Assembly: GCA_964304625.1 (NCBI GenBank) | Contig: OZ199840.1 | Coordinates: 6,064,784 to 6,128,783 of the forward strand | Length of the DNA: 64,000 nt | Direction of reading: 5' to 3' | From: Kudoa neothunni | Taxonomy: Eukaryota; Animalia; Cnidaria | Notes under the pieces: model-generated | The model's input: the letters and a program-made list of their open reading frames with translations, nothing else | Database searches by the model: none | Told to the model about the DNA's origin: nothing | Made by a program: the position numbers and the translations under genes | In this document: one piece after another, positions 12,706 to 27,157 of the stretch | Layout: every line of letters begins with the position of its first letter | Numbering within the stretch: the first letter of the stretch is position 1

Positions 12706-13859
12706 TTATAGTTTTCTCTAATATATGTGGAATATTCTCAATTTGAAGTTTAATGTATGTTCCTTAATCCTCCTTGCACGGCGCGGAAGAAACTGTCTTA
12801 ATGGTTTTTAATTTCTTTGTGCTATGTTTTAAACAATTTTTCAACTATTTGTAAGATGTTCTGCGTAGGAAATTTAATTAGCTATGGAGCGTTAGTAGGC
12901 TTCAGAACAGAGTCCCCTAATGCATCAATATCGGCTATTTAATAGTAAGGAAAAAATTAACCAAACAAAAATTAAAATTAAACAGATTCCATCTGAAAAT
13001 AGTAATTTCGAACGTGAAACCCACTTCTAAATAAGATAGTGCAAGTAAAATTGATCCGAGCGCACATCAACGGCGGCAGCGTTGGTGTATTAAGTCGGAA
13101 ACAGCAAATTAACAATAAACAGATTCAATCGAATAAAGGTGTCTTGGCTCTAATTTATAATTTAACGTGATTTTTTATGGCATGTATAAGAGGAAAATTT
13201 AAATTAACTCTTGAAATTTGATTTATACATCTTTTCTTGCCAGATAAAATTTGTTATTTGAAAACACTAGATTTGTCGCGTTACTTCTGTCACGTAATCC
13301 TTAATTTTCACTTTATTTTACTTTTTTAAACATTTTCCTTATAAATTTAATAATATCAGAAATAGATTTTCATTGTTACAAAGTTAAGTGAAACGACCGA
13401 AAATTCCACGATTTTTAAACCACATTCTTGATTCTCTCTAATATTCATTAAAATTTAAAGTTGGCCAAAGGAAACGCTTCCATCCTTCTAGAGACAAGCT
13501 TATAGTAACGAAAAGTACATCCGAAAATTAAATATGTTATTTTTGGATCGAGTATGTAATCCGCGGTGAAGTTCTATAATATGCTAAGATATATCATTTA
13601 CTCAATGAAATGTTACATCTTAAATTTTTAAATCTACGATTATAAGATAAAAATATATTTACTCGGTATATATGTGTTTTCCTTAAAAACGAAACATATT
13701 TATGTTTGTAGAGACAACAAAATCATTAAAATTAGCCAATAATAATTTTTTTAATGTAATGTTTTTACGTCGTTCGAAATGATTTAAACTTCTAGAGGAA
13801 TTCCGAAATTTACAGATGGCTTAGATTTTTCTACCCAAGACTAGGTTCAAATTAGTTGG

Positions 13860-13901
13860 ATTTTTGGTCCGCGCGGACCCATTCCGGACAGGAAGGGTTA
13901 A
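13860..13901. mobile_element. piggyBac terminus
   Basis: Subterminal palindrome GGTCCGCGCGGACC followed by GGAAGGG|TTAA (TTAA 13898-13901). The element body to the left is too decayed to bound. Confidence 0.5.
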
Positions 13902-16900
13902 TCGCTATGTCAATCTCTATTTGGACAGCATTCGAGATTAAAATAGGAATTAAGGAAGTTAACATAACGTAAGTGAGTAAGTGAGCTCTAATTCCGGTTT
14001 ATTCGATGCTTTCAGTTTTTAATATTAGTACAAATTGATAAAAACCTCCTAATATTTGTTAACTTTTTAACAAGCTCACTCAAAGTCATAATATTATGGT
14101 CTTTTGACAATGTTACAAACGTATATATAATACTTCTTGGAATTTTTTGCGTTACAAAGTGAAACCTTTAGAGCCCATATTAGGAAGTGTATCTTTGGTG
14201 GACCAAGTCTTATTCACAAACATTATAACTGCTAATTTTTCTCTCTAAGAGAAAATGAGGATGTAACGTAATAAACGCGCCCGCTATAGGGAAAGCAGAA
14301 GCACGAACTCTTCCCCTTGTTAAACGTTAACACTATTAGGCCTATGATGCACATTATTATCATGTAACACGTCCCGAACGACTCTAAGTTAATATAACTT
14401 TCCCCGCTGGGCAAAAACAATATATGCAGAGGGTTGAAACAGTGAGCGTAACTCTAAAAAAACGTTACCGATATGAAATAGCCAAACACGGCTGAAATGA
14501 CACTTTTAGAACAAGAGGTTTAACTCTTCCCTCAAATTTAACGCATTGAAGAGGCCCCTTTTTTAGTATGTTCCCTCCATTATTATTCTAATGAATGAAA
14601 TGTTCATTCTGTCTCTATTCTACAAACATAATTATGTTTCACCTTCTGAATATTACCGTTTTTACAACGAAATAAACAAAATTTGTCATTACTCCATTAA
14701 TTCTAACTCTTCTAACTTATTCGATCCAATGCAAGATATCGAATTAAGTAAATAAAAATAATACAGCATTTTATTTTCTTTATTCAGCACGCACCCGAAT
14801 GCCACGTAATGTCATTTACAAGATGAAAATACAAGCAACTTGCATGTTTATACAATAAGCATAAATAAATAAATTGTACATTTATGGATTAGTTTATGCA
14901 ATTAGATAAAAAAATTAAGGCACTTTCAACTTTAGAGTCTCGTGATTAAAGAACGAAACAGGTGGGCCGATTAGTACAAACTATCGAATGATTTAAACTT
15001 TAATCTTTATTTTGGAAAAATAAACCATTTTTGGCAAATGTACACTTGGAGCGATATTATATGTGCCAATATCCACTTCCCACATTTATATATTTTTTAA
15101 TCCTTTTTTTTTGATCTCTACATTATTTATTGGGATACAAATGATCAAATTAATATACTGGTATTCGATTGACACTTTAGTTATATTTTAATTTAGAGTA
15201 CAAAAATAATATAGTATTGTCGAATGTCCATCACAAACTCAAAATTAGGATAATTTTGCGTGAATTTAAATCATACGAATTAGAATGGGATTAACGAGAG
15301 GAGGTTCTGATTATCATGCTCTAAATGTTATAATTTCTGTGCTAGTATAATGGCTCGATTAAATTATTCTTTAAAAAATTGGTATTGATAAAATTGACAA
15401 TTTGTTTGTTCATTGTATGTGTATTGCATTCATTCAATTTTTTTATTATAAATTATATTTTTTCATTACATCTTTATTATTAAATAATAATTAATCCGAG
15501 ATAAGAGAAAAATTATTCAAAATTCCTAGATCTAGTTGAACTTCAGCACGTTCCCAATATAATTTTCGAAGGTTAGTCATTTGAGGATTAACTACCATGA
15601 TGAAGAACCCTCTAAGCATCTTCTTAACGATGTCTTAATGAGTTTAAAACGCTGAATCATATTTTCAAAACCCGAAAATACTAGAGAAATTAATAATCAT
15701 TTTCAATGAAAAATTTATCAAAAGTTGTATTTTCGATTCAGTTTTAGGCGCCTCTATCGAACCATCGAACGCAGTCATATTCTGATCACACATGTGGAGC
15801 ATTAGTCCATCCCAATGCATTTATAATTTGAAATAATGTATCTACAGTTGTTTTTAATAATCAAAGACATTAGGTAATTTTCCATTCAATTCCCTGGAAT
15901 GACTAACTATTCATTTAGATCTCGCTCGAATTGGTCACCTTTTTCACATGTGATTTTTAATCGGCAAAAAATAGGTTATAGAATTCGAGACTTTTTGTAA
16001 AAGTATTAATAACGAGAAATAACTGTCATTAATCCTAATAGTATTCGTTATAACATATTATTCAACAAGTTAAAATGATACGGAGGTATCGTCCTAACAC
16101 CGGATATTTCTCTGGATTTTTAGCACTCTATAATTATTGTCTTCTGCTTTAAAGTTCACTTAAATGGGATCGCATCAAAAGCTCAATCTTATAACCCAGA
16201 TTTTTGGGATAATTAAAAAGAAATATTTTATTTTCACGGAAAATAATTGAAACATGAGTTAGGAAAAAAACTACCATATTGCAGGTTAATTTTGAAGTTA
16301 CTAAAATATATCTATCCACATACTTGGAGTCTAATTTTAAATTAATATAAAATTTTGAAACAAACACCGAGAGCCTCTGAAACGAGTTATTTCCTGATTC
16401 AAAAGTTCCAGGAAAAATTAAAAAAAATTTCCAACTCGCTTTAATGAATAAGTGAAACCGCATAAGAATTTATGAACACATCTATGTGGTCAGCATTTAC
16501 AAAAATTCACATTTTACGGCGATAAAAAGCATTTTCAAACGATTTTTATGGCATATTCGGTAATCCTCTTTAGCTTGGTGCTAATCTTCTTAGATTAATT
16601 GAGAAAAATTGACTAAGATCCGGATAAAGATGAGCTATTGGATTTTTATAGGGCGTATTCGATTTTCCCGTTAAGGACAAGAAATTATTGAATTTAAATT
16701 GGAATAATTTCTAAAGTGTGCTCGGCTATAAAAAATAGAATTAAATTAGGGATTCAATTAAACGCCGCAAGGTATTGTAGGTTGGGTACTTAGTCGGGAA
16801 GGAAACGTGATTGTTAAATAAATAAAGAATTAAAATGTTATTAAATTTGAATGTTTTTATGGGCAAAAACCCATCAAATGTAACAAACATAACCGAGCAG

Positions 16901-17950
16901 TTAGTTGACCATTGAGAGCTTTCCCAAAACAGGTATCGTCATCAGTTTATCGAAAATTACTTCACACCACACAGAACACAACTCTAAAAATCTTGTTTTT
17001 ACCACAAATTTAACCGCAAAGTTATCTTTATTGAACATAACCTAAAGTGGTTCGTTGACTCATGGTATCGAATGATTCAAAATGATCAGTTAAGTATACC
17101 TAATTAATAAATCAATCAAACGCATTCCATTGGGAAAATGGATAAACATACAAATATTAATTTTAAGGAGGATTACATTTCCACCTTGAAGGTGAATAGC
17201 GGTTTGAAAATTATTCAACCCAGGTGGTTTTTGGATTACATAATGCATTAGTATTGGTCAACAAAATTTTTAACAGCGGTCTGTCGGTTGTGGGAACAGT
17301 TATAGATTATTGAAGGATCACTTGATTAACACCCATGATAAACATTTTACATGTAAACATTCATATTTAAGTTAGAGAGATGTTAGAGGTTAGGTTTTAA
17401 CCGATTGTAATGTTAATACGTCAGTATATATTAAAGGTCTTCGTCGAAAACTACCGCTTTTTTAGGAGGTGTATGGAATAGTTCGAATTTGATTAGTATT
17501 AATGTGATCGATCGTTAATTTCAACCCCAATTAAATGCAAAATTTACTAAAATTCACAATTGGATGCGATTGGCAAATATTTCTGGGGTATTACAATCAA
17601 CACTCATGTGTGAAGATAGGTTCTAAGTATTGAGATATCCTTAAACAAATAAATACAGCTACAATCTGTACTTAATAGTTATTTCCAATCGATATAAAAG
17701 ATTCGATAAATGTTGTTGCCTGTGGAAAGGTATCGATTGATGAACGAACCATTTAAGCAACTACTTTCCAAAATTAAATTCTGCAATAATCTCAATCCAA
17801 AGAGCTATATCCAATGATCGGCCTACTTTACAAGTTTTAGGATACAGGTAAATTAAATCCTTCTCACTATTATCTCTTAAACTAGTTAAGGAAATTAATC
17901 GTAGTGTTACATCTTGTGATAGAGCTCATAGTTATTCACAACATACTGCA

Positions 17951-20357
17951 ATGTCTAAACAAGATAGTTCAATAAATAACTGTGTGACACTGAACGAATC
18001 GGGTGTCGGTGGAGGTATGTATGAGAAGATGGATGGAGGAGAGAGTTGTTCATTGGTAGTGGCGAGCGGTGCAACATCATCATCGTCCTCTGCAACTACA
18101 ACTGCTCCATCCACTCAAGAAGATATCCTCCAAATTCCATCGTCAACACCTCAGAAGTTGTTGTTATCACACAACAGCAAATCCACAACAATAAACTATA
18201 TCACCACAACTGACACAAGCGACGTTGTAAATGGTAGCCGAATTGTGTATTGGTTTGTGGAGAGGATTTAATTTTGTTTTTAAGACTTTACAGATTTACC
18301 GCCCCCCAATTTTGTTGAGTCCACCCTCATGAGCACCAATAATTCGACTGTTGTAAGTGTTAGTGAAAAAACAGGGAGTAAGGCGGTATTGAAAACTGAA
18401 AATTGTGTAAAGGAAACACCTTTTCAACCCGTTCCTTGTACGAACAGTGCAAGTTCAGCAGCGCCCAACTTCAGTCAAGAAAGCAATTGTAATATATTCC
18501 AGTCGTTAGCGAATGCATATAAATTATTTATTTTGGTGTTGAATAGTGACTGTTCGTAAGAACTCAATAGAACCGAGCCACTCAAGCAACATTAGCATTA
18601 ACAAAACAATTCCAGATAATAACCAGGTAAAAATCACACTATTGGACGAAAAATTATGGGAAAAATTTCACACTCATGTCAACGAAATGATTGTCACTAA
18701 GGATGGCAGGTAAAAATCGAAATTAATACCAACAATCGGTGTGCATTGATGATGGCGATTTGTAGGCGTATGTTTCCAGTACTTAAAATAAAAATCGACG
18801 GACTAGAGCCCACATCAATGTACACTGTTACCATTGATTTTTCGGTGTCTGACTCCCATCGATGGAAATTCATGAACGGCAGATGGATACGAGGCAACAA
18901 AGAAGATAACATCAAAAACAGTAGCACCTATATGCATTGCGATTCGCCAAATTTTGGCTCATTCTGGATGAATAATACTATAAGCTTTGCCAAGTTGAAA
19001 ATCAGTAACAAAGTCTCGAAAGATTCTTCCAAAGTTGCTTTCCATCACATTGGCTTCGCTTTAAAGTGTACATATTTTAGATTCAGATCCATTCATTGTT
19101 TAGATATCTTCCGTGTATTCATATTTATTCGATCGATAATACAACTAGGGGACTCACTCATGTGATAACGAAACACTTTGAAAACACTGAATTTGTAGCG
19201 GTGACTGCTTATCAAAATGATGCGATCACTAGACTAAAAGTTAGCTACAATCCATTTGCGAAGGCATTTCTCGACGTAAAACGCTCCGGTAATGATAGCC
19301 CCATTAGCCATTATAATAGTAGCAGTGGAAGCGGTCATTGTCTTAGTCGAGGTAGTTGTTATATTTCAGTTAGCCTGACCCAAACACAATTGTAATATAG
19401 ATATATACAAGCCCTATGATGATAATTATATCAAAAATTTTAACTCAGTGTCTACATCAGCTTCATCCTCTGGAACTAACAACAATAGCAATGGTGGTGC
19501 TGCAAATCAAAGCTGCAGTATTAGCGGCAGCAACAACAACGGCAATAATTCAGTTTCCACTTGTAAAACACAAATTTCGGATATTATTTGTGTCTATTAG
19601 TAGAATTCTTTCGTTAGATCATAAACAGTTAAGCGGCACCAATGATGATAGCTATAGCAATTTGGCAAATAATGTAAATCCATTTTTGTACCAACAAAAT
19701 CTAGCGCAAGATCCCTCTAACAATATTCCCCAAGTTATGGCCCATCATCTAAAACCATCTTGCAACAGTAGCACATCCACCACAACTAACAACAACGGTC
19801 ACAATTTGAGCAGCACTCTAACAAACAGCGATTTGAATAACAGCGCTAACAGTTCACTTGGCATGATCAATCCAACCAATCTCCCACATTATTACGATTA
19901 TCTACAATCTACAACTGAAAACTGTTCGATGAACCCTCGAATTAATGTAGAGACCCGCAACAACTCGCTGCTCTCTTTCTATGACAATAGTGGCAACTTT
20001 AAAACACCCAACTATCCTTATGCGTATCAGTACAATTGTCCAAATAACTACTACTATGACAAGGCGTATTTGTCTGCTGATAATGGAACCTATTTTTATG
20101 CCATCAAACCTGATAATTCCCCCACTCAGCAATCAATAAACACCTCCTTGCACAACAACCATCAAAGTGGCAATGCAGGTGGAAACATTGCTAATTGTAA
20201 CAGTCGTCATATTCCGGTCGAAAACATCCATCAATATAACTACAACTATCAAACCACCGCCTCATTTTATAACAAGGATACCAAATTTCATGAAAAAACC
20301 AACCCCAAACCTAATCATTCATCTCAAACTATTCGTGATGATAAACGATTAGACTGA
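17951..20357 (+). CDS. TBXT: Brachyury (T) subfamily T-box transcription factor, 7 exons
   Basis: Spliced T-box LWEKFHTHVNEMIVTKDGR|RMFPVLKI...HRWKFMNGRW...DSPNFGSFWM..ISFAKLKISNK...|IQIHSLFRYLPCIHI...TEFVAVTAYQNDAITRLKVSYNPFAKAFLD. NEMIVTK, PNFG, (T/S)NK and AKAFLD are Brachyury-type. The termini are S/T/N-rich. Confidence 0.9.
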
Positions 20358-21460
20358 ATCGCTATCATTAGAGAATATAAGACACTTCTGCCATTATTAT
20401 CACTATTTACATACAATGAATTTCACCTCATCATTTAGCTTTTTTTTTGATTGCCTATTTAGCTTTCTAAGTCTCTTTGCGGTACACTTTTAAAATATAT
20501 TCATCGATCTAATAAATGTTCATTTTCATCTAGATTTAGCCTATTTGTTTATAATTTTAGGTTTTTTAGCTATAATATCGGAGAGGAGAATTAACTACTG
20601 GATGGATTCCTTTTTAATTGATAAGCTAAAAGTAATTAATTTTAGAGCTGTATTTCGGTATTTTTCGTATTAATTTATTAAAGGTAGTTTGTTGTATTTC
20701 GGTTAAATTGAGGAGTACGTTGGGTACAACGAATTTTAGAAACTAGTAAAGTATGTTATTTATAATTGCTCCTTGAGTTGGTTAATTAGCAGTAAAATTC
20801 GCCACATCTAAAATACCGCTAGGTATGTTAGAAAAATTAGATTTGTCCGTTAATATCACTCATTTAAATAAAAGTGCCAAAAAAATCATCGCTGAGAGGT
20901 TCGAATTAGTGTCAAAATGTTTATTGGTGCATACAAAAGTGAAATCTCTAAGTTGGACCAAATAACGCTATCTGTAATGACTGATATTCTATTTTATTGT
21001 TCATGATCAATTAAATTAAAAAACCTTGGCCGTCTACATTATATATTCTAATTGATAAATTAGAATATTCAAGTTCGCAAGTTTAAAAAACTAAAAAATA
21101 TTATCCTGTAGTTGAGCAATTTTTTTTCGAGTTGGAAACACCTCATCCACGTATGTGGTTTTACCTCGAGGGTGGTTTTGTAATGAACATAAAATAAATG
21201 AAGCCCAGGCATTTTAAGTTACAATGTTGCTAAATTATTTAAATGAATTCAAAAATTTTCCATATACGTTGTCTGTTCAAAAAGTAGCAAGACTAGCCTA
21301 TTATCAAGTATTAAAGTGTTTTATACTATTCAAAATTATCAAAACTTATAAAGAATATATTTATAAGTGTTATTTATACATTAGGCAAAAATTTATATAA
21401 AACTAAAAGAGTTCTAACACATTTTAAAAGTTACAATCCAAGTCGACGTCGCGCGATCAA

Positions 21461-22263
21461 ATGTCTGAGAATCATGAACTGCGTATTTGCAAAAAGTTTT
21501 GCATAAAACTTGGCGATACCAATACGGAATCATACGATATGGTTCAAAAGGTATTTTTAAATGAGTCGATCTAGAGTTTATGAGTGGTATTGACGATTTA
21601 AACAGGGAAGAATCTCTGTTTACATTAATGATCGCAATGGGGGACCTTTATCGAGCAGAAATGCTGAATTAATTGAAATTGTGAAAAATCTGATTAATTC
21701 AGATTGAAGATTAACCATCAGGGAAATTAATGAAGAAACGGGAATTTCACTTGGGCCATATCACGATATTTTAACAGGTGACCTTGGAATGAGAAGAATT
21801 GCGGCCAAGTTTGTTCCACATCCGCTTGCGAAAGAACAGAAAGATAAACGTGCTGAAATTCCAAGGAATCACTTCCAAAAGGTACTAGAATGTGACAAAC
21901 TAATGTCCTATATCGTCATCAGCGATGAGACGTGGGTTTACGGTTAGGGCCTAGAAACCAAGTCACAATCATCCGAGTGGAAGACTCCACCATTCCCAAG
22001 AACGAGAAAAGCGCGGCAAGTTAAAAGTAAAATAAAGGTTTTTCTCGCCGTATTCTTTGGCACCCTGTGATTTCTTTTTGTCCCCAAAGATAAAATTACA
22101 CTTAAAAAGGAGAAAATTTTCATCGATTACGAAAATAAAACAAAATGCGACAAAGGAATTATTTTCCCTCTAAAAAATAGGCTTTTCTCAATGTTTCCAA
22201 AATAGGAAAAATCGTTGGAAAAGGTGCGTTGATTGGGAAAGTGAATATTTTTAAGGGACATAA
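21461..22263 (+). mobile_element. Mariner transposase pseudogene with internal deletion
   Basis: RICKKFCIKLG, RLTIREINEETGIS, AKFVPHPL, VISDETWVYG, SQSSEWK, KVFLAVFF jump directly to PCDFFL and RWKRCV...EYF. The middle of the catalytic domain is missing, with several stops and frameshifts. Confidence 0.9.
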
Positions 22264-23445
22264 ATAAAATATTTATAATTGTAGACATTTTTTTAACAGA
22301 ACAGGTATACTGATTTAGTCATGTATGAGATAACAGAAAAAATTTCACATTATTAATATCCATACTATAATTGCTAAAATCCAATGATATATGAATGGTA
22401 ATATATTTATTCATTATGTTATGTTTAAATTATCGATGTGGCTTTAAATTTCATATTTCAACTATATTAATGTTCAATCATGAATTCTATGTTTAAAAAT
22501 ATTGCGCAATTATTTGTGCCATAGCTGACACGCAGAACCCTAATTCAGAGGTTTTTAACCTGGGGTACATGAGTGATTTAAATAAAATCTGGATCCAATT
22601 ATATCATCATACATTTATTAAAATTAGGTATTTTTAGCATTAGCGTAATTATTAGAAATTTGAAATATACCCTTGCGTTATTGTTCCTTATAAATATTTT
22701 CATTTATTACAAAATTTCCTTGTGATATAATTTATTTTGTAAAAAAATCTATAAAACAAAAGTTATTCAGCAGGATAGTTGATAAAAGCTAAAAATTTCC
22801 AAAATATACTTCTTAGTATTGCAGAGTATGCAATTAGATTGATTGCTCCTTTTACAACAACCTCTTATTGCGAAACTAGATTTCCATGGTGGTTACCATA
22901 AAAGTCATGAAATCGCTTGTATGCGCGTTGTTCTTTCAAATACTTGTCAGAATTCTGTGAACTTATTGATAAAAAGAAACTACAAAAATCTCATTAAATA
23001 TTCTTTTAACGTCTATTATTTATAAAAAAGTAGAGTTTTTGCATTGATCTTGCATTCTACTATATAAGAATTCCTCGTTTGTTAACTCTTTGTTGTTATA
23101 AACACAATAATTATTGAAAATAAAGATTTTGTTTAATAAAAATATTTTAATTCTTACAAGAGCATTTTTCACTCTGGAATTTTAGATGGATTTTACTTTA
23201 ACATTTATCCATGTATAGATAATAATTCAACAACTTTCATTAAATTTTTTGTTTTAAATATTAGCACTATTGGGTATATTTGATTAGAATTTTAATAATT
23301 TCTAAAAAAATTACAGGTAAGGATTTCAGACTTTTTATTATTTTTGTTTTAATATCAAAAATAATTCATATATAAGGGATTAACAAATTTTAATACGTAT
23401 TTTAAAACAAATGCACTACATAATTAATTTACATACAAAAATATT

Positions 23446-24560
23446 TTAACCTTCCCTGTACTGAGTGAGAAAAAAATTAACCATGTGCCGAGGTGGGCCA
23501 CTCAGCGACCCCACAATAAATCAATGTTAATTAAATTTTATTGCGCTTGAATTATTATCATTTAATTTAATATACAGTATTAAGCTAATAAAAATAAAAA
23601 TTTAACTGAATTTTTATTTCGTTCATTACAAAAAATGACATTGTTTGTTAGCCGAAACATTTTGTACACAAGATGAAATGTATGGGTTTTAATCTGTGGC
23701 ATTTCTGCGATGACGATTTCTTTGTAGATATAATTCATTCTCTAATAAGAAAACTTTTAAAAAAAAGTTTAGTATGATATACATTATCAACAGCGCAAAC
23801 CACACATCGAAACGCACCTTTCAGTCGTGGTCGGTATAAGCAGATTTCTTATCCAAAGACGCAGGATTTTGTGTTTAGCTGTATGCTGAATTCTTCAGTC
23901 ATAATCTGTTGCATGTTAAAATTTCCACGCTTTATGATTATTTGCTGACATTATAATTCAATTTATTTGAGTTCTAAACCTGTATTTCTCAGTCGAGTTT
24001 GTTTCCTCTTTTTTAAACTTCGATCTTTATATTTATTTGAAAAACGAAATTTAATAATTTAATTTTTGGTTTTGCTTATGAAATATCAACAATATTACGA
24101 ATGAGAAAATCAGTTTGAGTAAGTGTAATATCGGAAAATTATGTATATCAATAGTTACATTCTTTAACTACCGTTTTTTTGAGATTGATCCAACGTTTGT
24201 TGAAAAAAGATGGAGATTACACGTGAATCCGGCTGCGTTCGGATGAAAAATTCTTAAAATTTGAAAGTTATTATTTTGAGCGGAATTTTTGCTCTCCGTA
24301 TTCTTTTATTTTCGTATCAATAATAATGAAAAAAAAATGCGCAAGAGGACGTTTTTTAGGTGCCACATACTTTACCATTACCTGATATTTTATTGTCAGG
24401 CCTAATGAATATTGCGAACATAATTTTTTGTTGTATTGTTCAATCGTGAAATGTGTGAAGATTTATAAAAAACTAAGAATAATTTTAAAGAGTCAATTTA
24501 AAGACATCTTGATACATTTTAATGTAATTTGACACACTATTCTTCATTATATACTGGTTT
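23446..24560 (-). mobile_element. Decayed piggyBac element (3' part)
   Basis: TTAA|CCTTCCC terminus at 23446 with a subterminal GGG..GACCCC motif. Minus-strand remnants DKKSAYT...VWFALL and a CRD-like KCHR...CTKC. The right boundary is approximate. Confidence 0.5.
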
Positions 24561-25303
24561 TAAAAAAATAAATTTTATTAATATCGCGACAACCCTAATA
24601 TTTTATAATAAATCACATTATTGATTAGATTTGTATTATTCTAGTTTTAATGGTTTCTATTTTTAAAATACAGTCCTATCTTGAATGAAATAATAATTTC
24701 GATTTTTCTAATTAGGATACCGTGCAACGTTGAAATAACGGATAACTTAAAGTGCTGAAAAATAGTAGTCATGACACCTCTCTATGACAAAGAATCAAAA
24801 TACATAATTTTTTAATATTTTTCTCATATATTTCTTTAATTATATGATTTTTTCATCACTCATTTTTCTGTAATTACGAAAAACACATACAAAATAGATA
24901 AACTTAATTAAAATTAGAAAATGTTTTCATTCATTTGATGCATCATATTATAATATAATATGATGTATCTTTATAACAAAATTAATGAAGCATAAATCTT
25001 CTTTTTGTTAAAAGAAAAAAGGGGGTCAAGGGCGCGAAGAACTGCTCACCAATTGTATACCTGAATTAGGATTTCAAACAAGATAACTATCGTAACCAGG
25101 TTTACTTCCATAAGTGTATTTCTCGGCGAATTAATTATAAACTAGAGGTAGTCGTTCTCGACGTTTATTTTTAAAAAAATCGATCTTCATTTTTGTTTGG
25201 TTCAGCGGCAAACACACGCCACAAATTACGTAAAATTGGTTAATGATGCATTTTCAGTAACTTTTTGCTGTGCCCAAGGGAATTACGGAAAATCGGTTAC
25301 CTA

Positions 25304-25360
25304 CTGTATTGTTGTATCGTAGTATTGTTGTATCGTATCGTAGTATTGTAGTATTATAGT
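25304..25360. repeat. Short tandem repeat (GTATTGTTGTATCGTA-like units) adjoining a solo MITE TIR
   Basis: Repeated gtattgttgtatcgta / gtattgta units directly follow ATCGGTTACCTACTG (about 25292-25306), which matches the TIR of the MITE at 43436-43833. Confidence 0.6.
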
Positions 25361-25550
25361 GTTATACTATTATACAGTGCGGCATTTATCATTTATAATG
25401 AGGCGTTTATATCAAATGTGATCCACCATGTGAAATAAAGTGGCATCGTTGAAATCTTATTTACCGGTTTTGAACCAATCAGTTAAATTATACAACAAAT
25501 ATTTTAATCATTTTATGGATTAACACATGCTCATGCGCAATATAATTAAA

Positions 25551-26906
25551 ATGCCCCCGGACACCTTCCCTGGTGAACAAATCGGCGCCGCTGCCGATGA
25601 TAAATGTTTCTCAGATATCGATAAAAATAGTGACATTGTGGATGAGCGTAAAAATCCGGAATAAAATTTAAACAAATTTACACCCCTCTTTGCCTTATAG
25701 ATACTTTAGTGACAGAAATTATGAATATTCCCCGAAGTGTAACTAGCGAGAAACTTCTTTCTTTAGTTGCTGAGAAAAAACAAAGTAAACTTAAATAAAA
25801 TTCATCAGCTGAGTCCTCGTAGATAAAGTAACTTATTGGGAGTCAACAATGGAAAAACAAGCCGCCCACTCCACAATGTTAAATGATAGCAGTAAAAAAC
25901 TTTTGTTGGAGATTATTTTTTTAAATGAAATTCTTATTGATAATTTTCAATCGCATAAGCTTTGATCTTGAATCATCATTGAGATTAGGACATTCCAGTT
26001 TGAAAAATTGTTTTATGATGAAAGATATGAAAGTGATTGAGTTGCCTCAAGTTGGTTCATGGGTCACTATAGCTGCAACTGGTGTGATACCTAACAACGA
26101 TTCAATTTGGTTCAATTTTATCGGACGGTTTCCTTTTGGTTGTGAATCCCTAGAAACTATTCCCTCCAGCCAAAACGATAACTTTTCTATTCTACAAAAT
26201 CGACTTATGTAATTACTTTCATTTATAGAATTGTTATTATCGTTCTCAATCTTAGAAAATTTTACCATAACAAATCTAAACGATATAGAAATACCACATT
26301 TGCTCCTAATCAAATGGTAGCTGTGTATGTGAGTAGAGATCGTATGTGGTATCGTGGTTATGTGGTTAATTTGGATAAAAATAGAAAATCAGTTGTCACT
26401 TATCAAGTAGGTTGGTTGTGTAGGATGACGGCGACAATTGTGTCGTTGTTATTGTTGTAAAGTGTGTAAATTTAATGTCATAAATATAGGTTATTCTTGT
26501 AGACTATGGCTATTCAATTATCACATCAACATACGATTTATTCCCCCTGGATGCTATTTTTACTGAATTGGAGCCTCAAGCTGTTAATTTTTGTTTATCC
26601 TCGTTTCAAATGCCACTTCATCATCACTCCAAACCTCCAATCAACTCTCTTGTGTATGATTTTTTGTTATTTATTAGCGTATTAACTCGTTTATTGTGTG
26701 ATTGTGTAGGGACACATTCCATGAACTAACCAAAAATAAGTTGATAGTAGCTCACGTCGATCAAATGTACCGTTAAACTCGATTTTACTACTAAATAAAG
26801 ATATTTTTGTAGTATTGATGATACGGTGTTTGTCACGCTGCACACTCAGAATTACAAAGGCCAAATCCAGTGTGTTAATACTTATCTGAGAAATAGATTT
26901 ATTTGA
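25551..26906 (+). CDS. Single extended-Tudor domain protein (TDRKH/TDRD/AKAP1-like), multi-exon
   Basis: Spliced QMVAVYVSRDRMWYRGYVV...|VILVDYGY......DLFPLDAIFTELEPQAVNFCLS...KNKLIVAHV...VFVTL...VNTYL is a Tudor core with SN-like flanks. The N-terminal exons are less certain. Confidence 0.8.
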
Positions 26907-27157
26907 GGTCGATAATTGATATGAAAGTTTTGTTTCCGATAGAAATTATATTGTTTTTCTGTGCGCTGGAATTGGTTGATTTTGTGTTGATCATAGCAAC
27001 TAACTCGTAACCATGGAGCTGCGTGTAATATAGGACTCCCTATAGAAAACGATGTTTGCGTAGAGAATCAAACCATCGGTTCGTTGTCAGCTCTAAATTA
27101 TAGAAGACAATTATATTTCGCTTGAATTGAGATTGCGTATTTCAATCACACTTTAAA

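Noticed and set aside
13898-23449. Brachyury captured between piggyBac ends
   Set aside because: The two termini belong to elements extending away from the gene, so they do not enclose it.
25304-25360. CRISPR-like repeat array
   Set aside because: Simple tandem repeat with no unique spacers, in a eukaryotic context with no cas genes.
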